DNA of 64,000 bases from a bacterium (GCA_021824345.1 JAKAKW010000011.1:9074-73073), one strand, 5' to 3'; shown: positions 36,892-46,823, counted from the first letter of the stretch. A program made the numbers and translations. The notes: generated from the sequence alone by a model not told the origin.

Positions 36892-37344
36892 ATGTATCTA
36901 AACAAAGTCATTCTAATAGGAAATCTTACTCGCGATCCGGAGCTGCGCTCTCTGCCTTCAGGAATAAAAGTTTGCTCTTTCTCCATAGCCACTAACAGGG
37001 TATGGAAGGACAAGAACGGTTCCCGCCAGGAAGCGGCCGATTATCATAATGTGGTTGTGTTCGGCAGGCAAGCGGAAAACGTGGCCCAGTATATGAAGAA
37101 AGGAAATTCCATGCTGGTGGAAGGCAGAATGCAAACCCGCAGCTGGGAAGACAAGCAGAGCGGAGAAAAAAAATATCGGACGGAGGTGATCGCCGATCGC
37201 ACTCAATTCGGACCGAAAGGCGGCGGCGGAGGAGGAAGCGCCGGAGCTTCTCAAGGGGCCAAAGGCAAGCAGGAAGAATCCGGAGAAGTTGATTCCATAG
37301 AATATCCGGAAGAAGACATTAACCCGGAAGACATACCATTTTAA
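36892..37344 (+). CDS. ssb: Single-stranded DNA-binding protein
   Basis: MYLNKVILIGNLTRDPELR OB-fold start, Gly-rich linker, acidic C-terminal ...EEDINPEDIPF tip. Confidence 0.9.
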   Translation: MYLNKVILIGNLTRDPELRSLPSGIKVCSFSIATNRVWKDKNGSRQEAADYHNVVVFGRQAENVAQYMKKGNSMLVEGRMQTRSWEDKQSGEKKYRTEVIADRTQFGPKGGGGGGSAGASQGAKGKQEESGEVDSIEYPEEDINPEDIPF

Positions 37345-37355
37345 TTTAAAGAAAT

Positions 37356-37556
37356 ATGAAGCAAGATTATTTTTCAGCCAACAATATCAAATACATAGAT
37401 TACAAAGACGTGGAAATCCTGAAGCGCTTTCTGAACGCCAACGGCAAAATTGTGAACCACAAGCGTTCCGGAATCACTTCCAAAAACCAGCGCAAGCTGG
37501 CGACCGCCATAAAGAATGCCCGCTTTATGGGGCTTCTGCCTTTCGTGGCGAAATAG
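37356..37556 (+). CDS. rpsR: 30S ribosomal protein S18
   Basis: 66-aa protein, ...YKDVEILKRFLNANGKIV..R.SGITSKNQRKLATAIKNARFMGLLPF. Confidence 0.9.
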   Translation: MKQDYFSANNIKYIDYKDVEILKRFLNANGKIVNHKRSGITSKNQRKLATAIKNARFMGLLPFVAK

Positions 37557-37578
37557 CGAATTTTATAAGTTTTAATGA

Positions 37579-37630
37579 AGGTGGGAGGCCTTGCCTCCCT
37601 AAAGGAGGCAAGGCCTCCCACCTTTTCTTT
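37579..37630 (+). terminator. Terminator of the rpsF-ssb-rpsR operon built from two abutting family-B palindromes
   Basis: ggtgggaggccttgcctccc taaa ggaggcaaggcctcccacc followed by ttttctttat. Confidence 0.7.
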
Positions 37631-37635
37631 ATATT

Positions 37636-38208
37636 ATGCTTGCATACAACGAAATTCGGGAAAAGAAAATAATCATTTACAACGGAGAACCATGCGAAGT
37701 GGTGGATTCCCATGTGGCCCGCACCCAGCAAAGGAAGCCCCAGAACCAGGTGAAATTAAAAAGCCTGATTTCCGGCAAGACCATAGCCGCCACTTTCCAT
37801 GTATCGGACTCCGCGGATGAGGCGGAAATAGACCGGAAGGAAGTAAAATTTTTATACCAAAACCGCGGGGAGTATTGGTTCTGCGAACCAAGCGATCCCA
37901 GCAAGCGCTTCAAGCTCGATGATTCTCTGATCGGCGCGTCGGGAAAATTCCTGAAGGCGAACGAGAATGTTTCCGTCATGGTATGGGACGACGAGGGAGA
38001 AGAAAAAACCATCAAGCTGGATCTGCCCATCAAAATGGAATTCAAGGTAAAAACGGCTCCTCCCGCGGTAAAAGGCAACACCGCCCAGGGCGGAAGCAAA
38101 GTAATCACTCTTGAAAACGGCACTACCATTAACGCTCCGATGTTCATCAGCGAAGGGGATACCATCCGGGTAAATACCGAGACGGGGGAATACGTGGAGC
38201 GAGCGTAA
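37636..38208 (+). CDS. efp: Elongation factor P
   Basis: 190 aa with three OB/KOW-like domains; ...KPQNQVKLKSL..GKT... region and overall EF-P length. Confidence 0.85.
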   Translation: MLAYNEIREKKIIIYNGEPCEVVDSHVARTQQRKPQNQVKLKSLISGKTIAATFHVSDSADEAEIDRKEVKFLYQNRGEYWFCEPSDPSKRFKLDDSLIGASGKFLKANENVSVMVWDDEGEEKTIKLDLPIKMEFKVKTAPPAVKGNTAQGGSKVITLENGTTINAPMFISEGDTIRVNTETGEYVERA

Positions 38209-38213
38209 TATTC

Positions 38214-40415
38214 TTAACCGCCCGCCTGTTCCGAGAACTTTTTTCGGATATCCTTCAAAATCTGGCCCGCGATTTTCGGATTTTCTTTCAAAAATGTCCG
38301 AGTGGAATCGTAGCCCCGTCCGAGCTTCACTTCCTCTTCGCCATCCGGCTTGCCCGCCTGCCCGGTTGGCTTGTATGAATACGAACTGCCGGACTTTTCC
38401 AAGATCTTAAACTTTTCTCCGAGGGCGATGAGTTCGCCTTCTTTGGAGATGCCTTCGTTATAAATGATGTCGAATTCCGTCTGCTTGAACGGCGCGGCTA
38501 CTTTGTTTTTTACCACTTTCACTCGTGTTCGCGATCCCACCACTTCTTCTCCTTTCTTTATTTGGGCGATGCGCCGGATGTCCATTCGAACACTTGTGTA
38601 AAACTTAAGAGCCTTGCCTCCGGGCGTTGTTTCCGGCGAGTTGCTGACCAGGCAGCCATCCGCAAAATAATTGTGGTTATCAGCGACGCTTATATCAAAT
38701 CTTTGCCGGCTTATCCTCTGGCCATCATGGTACGGCGTACGGGTTCTGATTTCTTTTATTATCATCGGGCGCAATATCTGGCTTTGCTTTGATTGTTGAG
38801 GATCCGTCTGATGATAGCGCCCGCGGTATTTTTCAGGAAGCTTGTATTCCATGGACTTAGGAACGAAAGGGGATATCAGTTCAAAGAATTTATCCGACTC
38901 TGCGGCACTAAAACCCAGCACTTGATATTCTCCGCATTTCCTCCATTTGGGCGCAATATCATAGCGGGCGAATATCCGGTTGATTCTGTCAACGCTCTCC
39001 GGCTGATTTCCGAAGGCGTTGGCGTACAGCCCGGCTCTCGGCCGCCGCGCGTACCATTTTCCTTTCCATTCTGAAAGTCCGGTCTGCATTGTTCCGTCTC
39101 CGCAGTACCATAAAGCTATCATGCGAGGAGTAATTTGCTCCACCAAAAACTCCGGCACGATCTTTTTTTGTTGCGGATAAAACAGTCCGTGTAGGTCTCC
39201 GATGCGCAGAAGATGTTTGGTTTCCACAATGGCATTTCCCCTAGAATTTTCCATTACGACATTGCTGGCGATATCGCCCAATTCCTCTGCGAGCCATGAC
39301 ACGTATTGGGATTGTTCTGCTCCATGTTCCTCCCTGAAATATGCGGTTTGTTCGTTAAATTTCTTAATGTTTCCATCTCCCAGCAAAGAGCCGATGATAA
39401 TCTCCTCTTGTTCCGGGGAGAGGTCTATATTATTTATATTCACTGATATCTCATCTCCGGCTTTCAGTTCCTTGGCCTTTTTCCAGCCAGCCGGCGTATA
39501 TATTTTGTGGTCGGGAGTGCAGGAAAATCCTCTTCGTCCGTTTCCCGTATGGTTTTGAACAAAAAACTGCAAGAATGAATCCGTTTCTCCGTTTATGTGC
39601 CAGTCAGTTATGAACTTTGCTTCTACGCATTTCTTTTCAAAATTATAAGAAAGCACCTTCACTTTTTTAGTTTGATTGACAATTTTCCCGATTTTTTCTT
39701 TCGTTCCGTCGGCCAGCAGCACTTTCGTATCGTAGGAAAAACATCCGAACATCACCCCGATCTGCATTCTGATTTGGTTTATGAAAATCACTACGGTCTT
39801 GCTTCGCGCCACGATTGCCGTGAGCTTGCGCAGAGCTTGGGACATAAGCCGGGCCTGCTTGCCCACATGATATGCTCCCATATCTCCCTCGATTTCATCT
39901 TTTGGAGTAAGGGCTGCCACCGAGTCCACCACCACCACGTCAATCTTGCCGGTGCGCACAAGCGATTCCACTATTTCCAGCGCCTGTTCTCCGGTATCCG
40001 GCTGGGAAATCAGGAGTTCGTTTATGTTGACGCCGAGACGTTTGGAATATTCCGGATCCATGGCATGCTCCGCGTCAATGTACGCGCATATTCCGCCTTT
40101 CTTTTGCGCCTCCGCCACTATATGCAGGGACAGGGTAGTCTTCCCGCTGGACTCCGGGCCGAAAATTTCGATAATCCTTCCGCGGGGAATGCCTCCGACC
40201 CCCAAGGCCATATCCAGGCCGATTGAGCCCGTGGGTATTACGTTCACATCCACCTTCGGGGTATCCCCGAATTTCATAATAGTGCCTTCGCCAAACTTGG
40301 TCTGCAGGGCTTTCAGGGTGTCTTCCAATCCTGAAGCGTTTCCGCCTTTTCCGGCGGAACCCTTTTTTTCTTCACTTATTTCCTTCTGGGGGTCGGTTTT
40401 TGTTTTTTTAGGCAT
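38214..40415 (-). CDS. recA: Recombinase RecA interrupted by a 368-aa intein
   Basis: N-extein has Walker [10 protein letters not shown] and ...[11 protein letters not shown]-extein resumes [23 protein letters not shown].... Between them is a Cys1...VSN intein with LAGLIDADG motifs. Confidence 0.9.
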   Translation of the reverse strand: MPKKTKTDPQKEISEEKKGSAGKGGNASGLEDTLKALQTKFGEGTIMKFGDTPKVDVNVIPTGSIGLDMALGVGGIPRGRIIEIFGPESSGKTTLSLHIVAEAQKKGGICAYIDAEHAMDPEYSKRLGVNINELLISQPDTGEQALEIVESLVRTGKIDVVVVDSVAALTPKDEIEGDMGAYHVGKQARLMSQALRKLTAIVARSKTVVIFINQIRMQIGVMFGCFSYDTKVLLADGTKEKIGKIVNQTKKVKVLSYNFEKKCVEAKFITDWHINGETDSFLQFFVQNHTGNGRRGFSCTPDHKIYTPAGWKKAKELKAGDEISVNINNIDLSPEQEEIIIGSLLGDGNIKKFNEQTAYFREEHGAEQSQYVSWLAEELGDIASNVVMENSRGNAIVETKHLLRIGDLHGLFYPQQKKIVPEFLVEQITPRMIALWYCGDGTMQTGLSEWKGKWYARRPRAGLYANAFGNQPESVDRINRIFARYDIAPKWRKCGEYQVLGFSAAESDKFFELISPFVPKSMEYKLPEKYRGRYHQTDPQQSKQSQILRPMIIKEIRTRTPYHDGQRISRQRFDISVADNHNYFADGCLVSNSPETTPGGKALKFYTSVRMDIRRIAQIKKGEEVVGSRTRVKVVKNKVAAPFKQTEFDIIYNEGISKEGELIALGEKFKILEKSGSSYSYKPTGQAGKPDGEEEVKLGRGYDSTRTFLKENPKIAGQILKDIRKKFSEQAGG
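38640..39743 (-). mobile_element. RecA intein with LAGLIDADG homing-endonuclease domain
   Basis: Starts [14 protein letters not shown] (block A, Cys1), ends [11 protein letters not shown]|S (terminal Asn, +1 Ser). Internal [11 protein letters not shown] and [18 protein letters not shown] motifs. 1104 nt = 368 codons, in frame, at the MFG|SPETT site. Confidence 0.85.
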
Positions 40416-40420
40416 AGCTA

Positions 40421-40765
40421 TTAAAACGTTAATTTATAATACTTTTCATCCTTATGGCCGAATTTGTCTTCGGCTTGGATTACCATCATATTATACCCCG
40501 GAAGCAGGGCCACCGTATCTTCAAAATTACCCTTTTCATCTATAGGTATTTCCCGTCCGTCCAGGTACAGTTTCAAGGCATTTTCCGCGCTTCCTTTTAC
40601 TTTCATTATCCCGTCCCGGGTCTGGTCTCGTTCTGCGATGTTTACGTCTTGTATCTTCACCCCGAAGACCAAAGCCTTGGTCCGATAGAAAGCGTACAAT
40701 ACTATTAATAAAGAAAAGATAAAGAAAATGGAGATCTTCAGCAGTTTCTTCGCGTCAGTGGTCAT
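40421..40765 (-). CDS. Small hypothetical membrane-anchored protein between ftsK and recA
   Basis: 114 aa, N-terminal TM helix, 4-nt overlap with the ftsK stop; no recognisable domain. Confidence 0.5.
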   Translation of the reverse strand: MTTDAKKLLKISIFFIFSLLIVLYAFYRTKALVFGVKIQDVNIAERDQTRDGIMKVKGSAENALKLYLDGREIPIDEKGNFEDTVALLPGYNMMVIQAEDKFGHKDEKYYKLTF

Positions 40766-43014
40766 GGCATATTCTCGCCGTTCTCATCGCGGGTGATTTT
40801 TTCAAGCACTTCCCGGGGCTTTGCGCCTTCGCCCGGTCCCACCACTCCGTGTTCCTCCAGCTGATCCATAAGGCGCGCCGCCCGAGCGTAGCCGAGCTTT
40901 AGCTTTCTCTGCAAGAATGAAGTGGAAGCCTTGCCCGCTTCTATTACGCACTGGCGAGCTTCCTCGTACATTTCATCTTCTTCCTCTCCGCCGTCCAAAG
41001 TGCTCTCAAAAATGCTCTTGTCGGGAGATATGGAACCCTCGGAGAGGGAAATTTCATCACCAAGCTCCTCTTTATACGCATCTGAGAGGAATTTAACCAC
41101 TTTCTTTACTTCGCCTTCGGAAATGAAGGCGCTCTGCAAGCGTTCTATGGAAGAAACTCCGGAAGCGTAAAGCATATCGCCTGCGCCCAAGAGCTTTTCT
41201 GCCCCGCCGGCGTCAAGAATGGTGCGAGAGTCTATTTGAGAAGAAACTTTCAGGGCGACTCTTGCCGGAATGTTTGCCTTGATAAGTCCGGTGATTACGT
41301 TCACTTCCGGCCGCTGGGTGGAAAGCACCAAATGGATGCCGACCGCCCTAGACATTTGGGCCAGACGCACTATGGCCGCTTCCAATTCGCGGGGATAGGC
41401 GCTCATAATATCCGCCAACTCATCGATGATAATCACTATGTAGGGCATGCGATCTTCCCCGGATTCTTCCATGATTTCACCTTCGTCATCCGTTTTCTGC
41501 TTTTTTTGCTTTTTGCCCCAAACATTCTGGTGGTACGACTCAATATCGCGCACTGATTCGGCCTCCAGGATATCATAACGGCGATCCATTTCCTTGGCAG
41601 CCCATTTAAGCGCCAAAATGGCTTTCTTTGCGTCGGTTATCACCGGCGTAAGCAAATGGGGAATGTTCTTATATAGAGTGAGCTCCACTCTTTTCGGATC
41701 TACCATTATGAATTTAAGGTCTTCCGGGCTATTGCGATAGAGGAGGGAAACGATCATGGCATGAATAGTGACAGATTTTCCCGCTCCCGTCGCTCCAGCC
41801 ACCAAAATATGGGGCATTTTTGCCAAATTTCCGAATACCGCCCGGCCCGCAATAGAACGGCCCAGGGCAATGGTCAGGGGCTTCGCAGATTTCTGGAATT
41901 TTTCGTCTGACAGCATATTCGCCAGTCCCACGATAGATTTCGCCTTGTTCGGTATTTCAATTCCAACCAAAGATTGTCCCGGGATGGGGGCTTCTATGCG
42001 GATGGGGTGGGCGGCCAGGGCAAGGGAAAGGTCGTTCTGCAGAGCGACAATGCGGGAAAGCTTCACTCCCTCGGCCGGTTTCAAAGCATAGCGGGTTACG
42101 GTGGGCCCGATGGTAATCTCGTCCATCTCCACTTCAATTCCGAAGTTCTGGAGCGTTCGCTTTATTATCACAGAATTCGCTTTCACATCGCCGGTGTTCG
42201 GCTTGCCCATGTCTCCCTCCAAGAGGGAAAGGGGCAGGCCGGAATACCCGACAGCCACGGCCCGGCGTTTCGGAGAAATCTTTTTGAAAAATCCGGCCTC
42301 CTCTTCCTCTTCTCCCTTCTTTGTTCCGGTTTCGCTTTTCTTTTCGTTCCTGCCGGCATTTTCCGCGGCTTCCATTTTCTTTTCTTCCGCGCTCTCGGCC
42401 AAGGGAAGAATGACCGTATCCGATTCTTCGTCGTCTCCGCTTTCGATTGATTCCAATTTTTGATCAAGAGCTCTCTTGTTGCTGGTCATCGCCTGCCAGA
42501 GCTTTTTGAAAGTCGGCGCCAGGTTGGGCTTTGCGTCAAACATGGCCAAAATGGAAACGATAACTATGGCTCCCAAAAAGACAATGCTTGCATATACATC
42601 AAACAGGGAAACAAATGGAACCCCCAGAACTTCCCCCAGCACTCCGCCCGCATGATTGCGGGAGACCGCGTCGATTATTCCGAGCCCGGCAAGTATGAAC
42701 AATACGGAAGCGAACATTTGCATAATGCCGAAGCGGGAATCTTCTTCTTTTAAAAAAGAAACTCCCAGAAGCACGAACAAAATCGGGATGATGATGTATC
42801 CCACTCCCACCAGATAATGCAAAGCGTCGTAAGCGGCCGAGCCGGCCTTCCCGGCCAGGTTAAAGAGAGACATCAGAAAAAAAACTGCCAGCGCGAAGAA
42901 GATGATTGCCGCGATGCCGTGTTTAGTTTCTGATTTCAGACGGGCTCCGCCGCCGCTTCCTTGACGATTTTTTGCGGAAGCGGACCTGTTTTTCTTCTTG
43001 CTGTTTTTTGCCAT
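40762..43014 (-). CDS. ftsK: DNA translocase FtsK/SpoIIIE
   Basis: N-terminal TM segments, linker, motor domain with Walker A GATGAGKSV, C-terminal gamma wHTH domain (LGYARAARLMDQLEEHGVVGP). Confidence 0.85.
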   Translation of the reverse strand: MAKNSKKKNRSASAKNRQGSGGGARLKSETKHGIAAIIFFALAVFFLMSLFNLAGKAGSAAYDALHYLVGVGYIIIPILFVLLGVSFLKEEDSRFGIMQMFASVLFILAGLGIIDAVSRNHAGGVLGEVLGVPFVSLFDVYASIVFLGAIVIVSILAMFDAKPNLAPTFKKLWQAMTSNKRALDQKLESIESGDDEESDTVILPLAESAEEKKMEAAENAGRNEKKSETGTKKGEEEEEAGFFKKISPKRRAVAVGYSGLPLSLLEGDMGKPNTGDVKANSVIIKRTLQNFGIEVEMDEITIGPTVTRYALKPAEGVKLSRIVALQNDLSLALAAHPIRIEAPIPGQSLVGIEIPNKAKSIVGLANMLSDEKFQKSAKPLTIALGRSIAGRAVFGNLAKMPHILVAGATGAGKSVTIHAMIVSLLYRNSPEDLKFIMVDPKRVELTLYKNIPHLLTPVITDAKKAILALKWAAKEMDRRYDILEAESVRDIESYHQNVWGKKQKKQKTDDEGEIMEESGEDRMPYIVIIIDELADIMSAYPRELEAAIVRLAQMSRAVGIHLVLSTQRPEVNVITGLIKANIPARVALKVSSQIDSRTILDAGGAEKLLGAGDMLYASGVSSIERLQSAFISEGEVKKVVKFLSDAYKEELGDEISLSEGSISPDKSIFESTLDGGEEEDEMYEEARQCVIEAGKASTSFLQRKLKLGYARAARLMDQLEEHGVVGPGEGAKPREVLEKITRDENGENMP

Positions 43015-43175
43015 GTTGATTACATTTTATCACAGTTTGAAGTTGTCATAAAGATGGAATGAATATCAGCCTGCGTCCGCCTGTCTTCCGAAAGCGAGCG
43101 AGAATTGTTTGGAAGGGGGTTGAAAATAGCTCTCCGCGAATCATTGCGCAGGAGTCTATCAGAGATACTGATTGG

Positions 43176-43195
43176 AAAGGCAAATATTTGCCTTT
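43176..43195. promoter_or_regulatory. 20-bp perfect palindrome aaaggcaaatatttgccttt (operator candidate 1)
   Basis: Exact self-complementary sequence; near-identical second copy about 125 bp downstream. Confidence 0.5.
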
Positions 43196-43303
43196 GAGCG
43201 GGTTGCAAGCCCGAGCGGGCACGGTTCGAGTCCGCTGGCAAGCGGACGAGAGAGCGAGGGCAAGACCCCTGAGCCGCCTCGCTGGGGTGGCGAGGAAAGC
43301 GAG

Positions 43304-43322
43304 AAGGCAGAATATTTGCCTT
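43304..43322. promoter_or_regulatory. Palindrome aaggcagaatatttgcctt (operator candidate 2, one base off copy 1), about 45 bp upstream of the 43367 ATG
   Basis: Read from sequence; followed by tatataat immediately before the ATG. Confidence 0.5.
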
Positions 43323-43366
43323 TCCTTACTTGTAGAGCCATTGCTTTTTTCCTTGTCCTATATATA

Positions 43367-44215
43367 ATGGACAACATGCAAGGCGAGGGAGACAACATAA
43401 AGGACACTCTCAAGGACTCCTTAAAGGACACGAATTCCGCGCCTATTTCTATTGATTTTTCTCCCATTTCAGTTGGCACATACAACAAGACTGGCAAGCT
43501 TATTGCGGCTCTCTATATGGTAACAGACATAATGGACAGGGAAGAGCCCATAAGGGGCAGATTGAGAGCCTTGGGTTCGTCCATCTTATCGGACGCGTAT
43601 TTGCTCGCCACTCCGTATAGGACAGGTTCTCTTCCCAAATCATCCGATGTCCTTGAGATAGAGAGAAAAGTAATGGAGCTTGTTTCATTCCTTGAAATTT
43701 CTTCTTCCGTCGGAATGATTTCCGAGATGAACTCAAATATCTTAAAAACCGAGTTTCTTGAATTGAAACAGTCTTTAAAGGTTTTGGATACCGATCTCGA
43801 GTGGTTGCAGAAATTCTTTGATAAGAACCATAATCATTCTTCGGAAGAAATATCCGGCACCTCTGCCAATCGCCGGTTTAGTTACCTTCCAAATCGCGCT
43901 CAATCTGAACAAAATGACTCTCAAAATGTCCAAAAGAAAAATACCGAAATTCCTGAAAAAATGTCCGATAGGAACAATGGAAATTCCGTAAAGGACATGG
44001 AGGTTCTTAAAGGACAAAGAAGGGAAGGAATTATAAAAATCGTTAAAAATATGCCGGAAGGAGCCACTATAACGGACATTCGATCAAAGGCGACAGGTTC
44101 CTTGCTTTCCTGCGGGGAGAAGACCCTCCAGAGGGAGCTCTCAGCCATGGTAAGCGACGGTGTCCTTAAGAAAGAGGGGGAGAAGAGGTGGAGCCGCTAT
44201 TATATCAATAATTGA
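43367..44215 (+). CDS. Hypothetical protein with a C-terminal winged-helix-like domain
   Basis: The ORF is open from 43172, but the upstream part covers the palindromes and hairpins; ATG at 43367 (or 43376) is the likely start. The C-terminal ~60 aa (ITDIRSKATGSLLSCGEKTLQRELSAMVSDGVLKKEGEKRWSRYYI) resembles a wHTH DNA-binding domain; the rest is unassigned. Confidence 0.5.
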   Translation: MDNMQGEGDNIKDTLKDSLKDTNSAPISIDFSPISVGTYNKTGKLIAALYMVTDIMDREEPIRGRLRALGSSILSDAYLLATPYRTGSLPKSSDVLEIERKVMELVSFLEISSSVGMISEMNSNILKTEFLELKQSLKVLDTDLEWLQKFFDKNHNHSSEEISGTSANRRFSYLPNRAQSEQNDSQNVQKKNTEIPEKMSDRNNGNSVKDMEVLKGQRREGIIKIVKNMPEGATITDIRSKATGSLLSCGEKTLQRELSAMVSDGVLKKEGEKRWSRYYINN

Positions 44216-44657
44216 CAACGTATTTTCTCGTGTTCTAAATATGGGCGAAGGTAACATTTAAAGGCCGGATTTCGTCATATATGTCAGATTGCAGATTTCC
44301 AAAAAATATGCAATCATGTGTAAGCCTTGTGGATAAGGCTTATTTATCCACATAATATATTGCCGTATAGTCGCGTGCAGTATATTATATTGTTACTGCA
44401 AATTATGGACGAAAAAAGGCGTGCGAAAGCGCGCTGATTTGGGTCCACAATTTGCGTTTAGTTTTAATCTGTCCATTGTTTCTCGGTCCGCCTAGGCGGG
44501 GAAACAATGAAAGATAGAGACATGCGCTTTTAGTTTTGTCCTCTCATATTAAAAATGTCAGGACAAGTCGAAACTAAATTAATGGCGCATAACCCCTGTG
44601 GAGGTTTCTTAAAAATTATAAGTTTAGGAAACGGCCTCGGGATTAATAATTAACATT

Positions 44658-46823
44658 ATGAGTAATTTATCAAAATCAAAAGTCCTCTTGGGATTGGCGA
44701 TCGCGGTTGCAGTTCTTGTTGTCGGAGGTACCTTCGTCAGCGCTGCTTACACCCAGACTGTCACTCTTAAGCAGGGCATGACCAGCCCTCAAGTTTTGAG
44801 CCTTCAACAGACTCTTAACGCCAATGGCTATCTGATCGCCACCACCGGCGCGGGATCTCCTGGAATGGAGACCTCTTACTTTGGTTCTAAGACCAAGTCC
44901 GCTGTTATGGCTTTCCAGACCGCTAAGGGCCTGACTGCAGACGGAGTTGTCGGTCCTCAGACCGGCGCCGCTTTGGCTGCTTTGACTGGAACCACGTCTT
45001 CCTCCGGACTTCCGGCTGGATGCACCTCTGCCACCGGTTATAGCGCCACCACGGGCCAGCCTTGCACTTCCACTTCCAGTTCTTCGACTCTTCCGGCCGG
45101 TTGTACTTCAACCTCCGGTTACAGTCCTACCACTGGCGTAAAGTGCGACAGCACCACGTCTACGACTCTTCCGGCCGGTTGTACTTCAACCTCCGGTTAC
45201 AGTTCTACGACCGGTGCGAAGTGTGATGGAACTTCAACCCCCACCACTACTTCCGGAACCAGCGGTTATCTGTCCAATATAGTCAATGATTCTGCCAATC
45301 GTGTTTCCACGGTGTACGAATCTCAGACTGATCAAGTAGTGGGCGGATTCCAGGCTACGGCCAGCTTGGCTGACCAGACGGTGACCCGCGTTCGTGTTAC
45401 TTTCAATAACACTGACACCGTGTCTTCCGCTGACCTTGCTAAGTACATTTCCAGCGCTTCTCTGTGGTACGGTTCTACCAAGATCGCGACCATGCCTGTT
45501 TCTCAGGCTGACCGCTCCAATGCCGATGTCTTTACTTTTAACTTCACCGGCTTGAGCGCGAAGATCCCTGCGGAGCAGATCGGACACTTCTACGTTTCCG
45601 TTAGCGCCAATGGTTCAATTGACACCAACGACACTTCTGCCGCTTGGACGGTTAAGTTCGTGGCTTCTGGCGTGAGCGCTACGTCTCCTGATGGAACTTA
45701 CGACACTTATCCTTCTTCTGACCTTACCGCTCAGACCAGCCTTGGATTCGGCAAATTTGCCGCTCAGGGCGTAAAGGCTACTGTCAACCTGTCTTCCAGC
45801 AATCCTGCTGCCAGTTCAGTTGCAGTATCCAGCTCGGCTTCCACCACGGATGTCCCGCTGTTGGCCTTCACCATTCAGGCGACCAACTCTGATCTGACCT
45901 TGAGAAAGGTTCCGATCCAGGTTGTGGCCAGCGCGGACGGAGTAGGAAAGATCATCAGCACCTTGAAGCTGTATAAGGATGGAACAGTAGTTGATTCCGT
46001 TGACGCCACCAGTGGCGAGTACACTGTTACCAGCGGAGCCATCACTTCCACCAATGCAGCCAGCGCTACTGCTACCACTGCGGGTTACTTCTTCAGCAAC
46101 ATTTCGTCTCCTTACAACGTAATCAAGGCCGGTACTACCGCCGAATTCGTCATTAAGGCTGACGTTAAGTCTCAGAGCAGTAACTACACCGCGGGCGATA
46201 CGCTTACCGCTTCCTTCACCAATGCTGACGCTATCACCACGAACTTCTCTGTTCTGGATGGCAGCGGCAATCAGCTTACCACCGGCTCCACCTATCGCGT
46301 AGGTTCGGCTGTGGGTAATGTTCAGACTCTTCTGATTAACGGCGTGAACGTTGTGATGGGTACGGCTACTATGAGTCAGCCTACTTACAGCGGAAGCGGT
46401 GCTACCAAGACCGCCAGCGCTTCCTGGACGATTCCGGTCACCGTGACCGCCTTCGGACAGACCTTGTATGTCGGTCAGACCGTTCAGTTGGCTTCTACCG
46501 CGACGGCTTCCAATGCCTTCGCAGTGACCTTCTTTGACGGAGCTACCCCGACTACGGCTGACACTACGTCTTCAGCTACCTTGTCTATGACCACTTCTGA
46601 TGCTACCTTGGAGAGCAATGGTTATCGTTTGGATAGCGGAACGGCTAAGCACTTCACTTTGACCGTGCTTATGACCGCTCCTGCTACCGCCGATCACCAG
46701 TATGGAGCATGGATTCAGCAGATTCGCACTTTCACCTCTTCCGATATCGGAACTGGTGCTGCGAACCAGAGCTTGGTTCCTGCAACTTCCTTCAAGACCG
46801 GCATTCAGAAAGTCCACAGCTAA
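44658..46823 (+). CDS. Thr/Ser/Ala-rich cell-surface (S-layer-like) protein with N-terminal peptidoglycan-binding domain
   Basis: Signal/TM (VLLGLAIAVAVLVVGGTF), PG_binding_1-like domain (LKQGMTSPQVLSLQQTLNANGYL...MAFQTAKGLTADGVVGPQTGAAL), three ~26-aa LPAGCTS.SGYS.TTG..C repeats, then about 520 aa beta-rich and extremely T/S/A-rich. Strong terminator downstream; biased codon usage suggests high expression. Confidence 0.8.
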   Translation: MSNLSKSKVLLGLAIAVAVLVVGGTFVSAAYTQTVTLKQGMTSPQVLSLQQTLNANGYLIATTGAGSPGMETSYFGSKTKSAVMAFQTAKGLTADGVVGPQTGAALAALTGTTSSSGLPAGCTSATGYSATTGQPCTSTSSSSTLPAGCTSTSGYSPTTGVKCDSTTSTTLPAGCTSTSGYSSTTGAKCDGTSTPTTTSGTSGYLSNIVNDSANRVSTVYESQTDQVVGGFQATASLADQTVTRVRVTFNNTDTVSSADLAKYISSASLWYGSTKIATMPVSQADRSNADVFTFNFTGLSAKIPAEQIGHFYVSVSANGSIDTNDTSAAWTVKFVASGVSATSPDGTYDTYPSSDLTAQTSLGFGKFAAQGVKATVNLSSSNPAASSVAVSSSASTTDVPLLAFTIQATNSDLTLRKVPIQVVASADGVGKIISTLKLYKDGTVVDSVDATSGEYTVTSGAITSTNAASATATTAGYFFSNISSPYNVIKAGTTAEFVIKADVKSQSSNYTAGDTLTASFTNADAITTNFSVLDGSGNQLTTGSTYRVGSAVGNVQTLLINGVNVVMGTATMSQPTYSGSGATKTASASWTIPVTVTAFGQTLYVGQTVQLASTATASNAFAVTFFDGATPTTADTTSSATLSMTTSDATLESNGYRLDSGTAKHFTLTVLMTAPATADHQYGAWIQQIRTFTSSDIGTGAANQSLVPATSFKTGIQKVHS
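45009..45236 (+). repeat. Three tandem 78-81-nt repeats (LPAGCTS[AT][ST]GYS.TTG..C units) in the surface-protein gene
   Basis: Units start at 45009, 45090, 45168 (cttccggc[ct]gg...), highly similar at DNA level. Confidence 0.7.

Noticed and set aside
9445-37630. Possibility that the recurring GC-rich palindromes form a CRISPR array
   Set aside because: Copies are single or paired and tens of kb apart, in both orientations, without regular spacers or adjacent cas genes. They behave as REP/terminator-like dispersed elements.
38562-40545. Plus-strand track ORFs inside recA/intein (38562..38792, 38793..39074, 39202..39558, 39597..40226, 39946..40545)
   Set aside because: They are antisense to a continuous, motif-rich recA-intein reading frame and have no features of their own.
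43223-43233. GGTTCGAGTCC string resembling a tRNA T-loop
   Set aside because: Flanking bases do not form a 5-bp T-stem (only cGG/CCg can pair), and no acceptor or anticodon arms can be drawn. It sits at the base of the gtccgct-ggca-agcggac hairpin instead.
43172-43366. 5' 65 codons of track ORF 43172..44215 (MERQIFAFERVASPSGHGSS...)
   Set aside because: The region is occupied by the twin palindromes and three GC hairpins. The peptide is low-complexity Arg/Gly/Ser/Glu-rich, and a TATATAAT element precedes the ATG at 43367.
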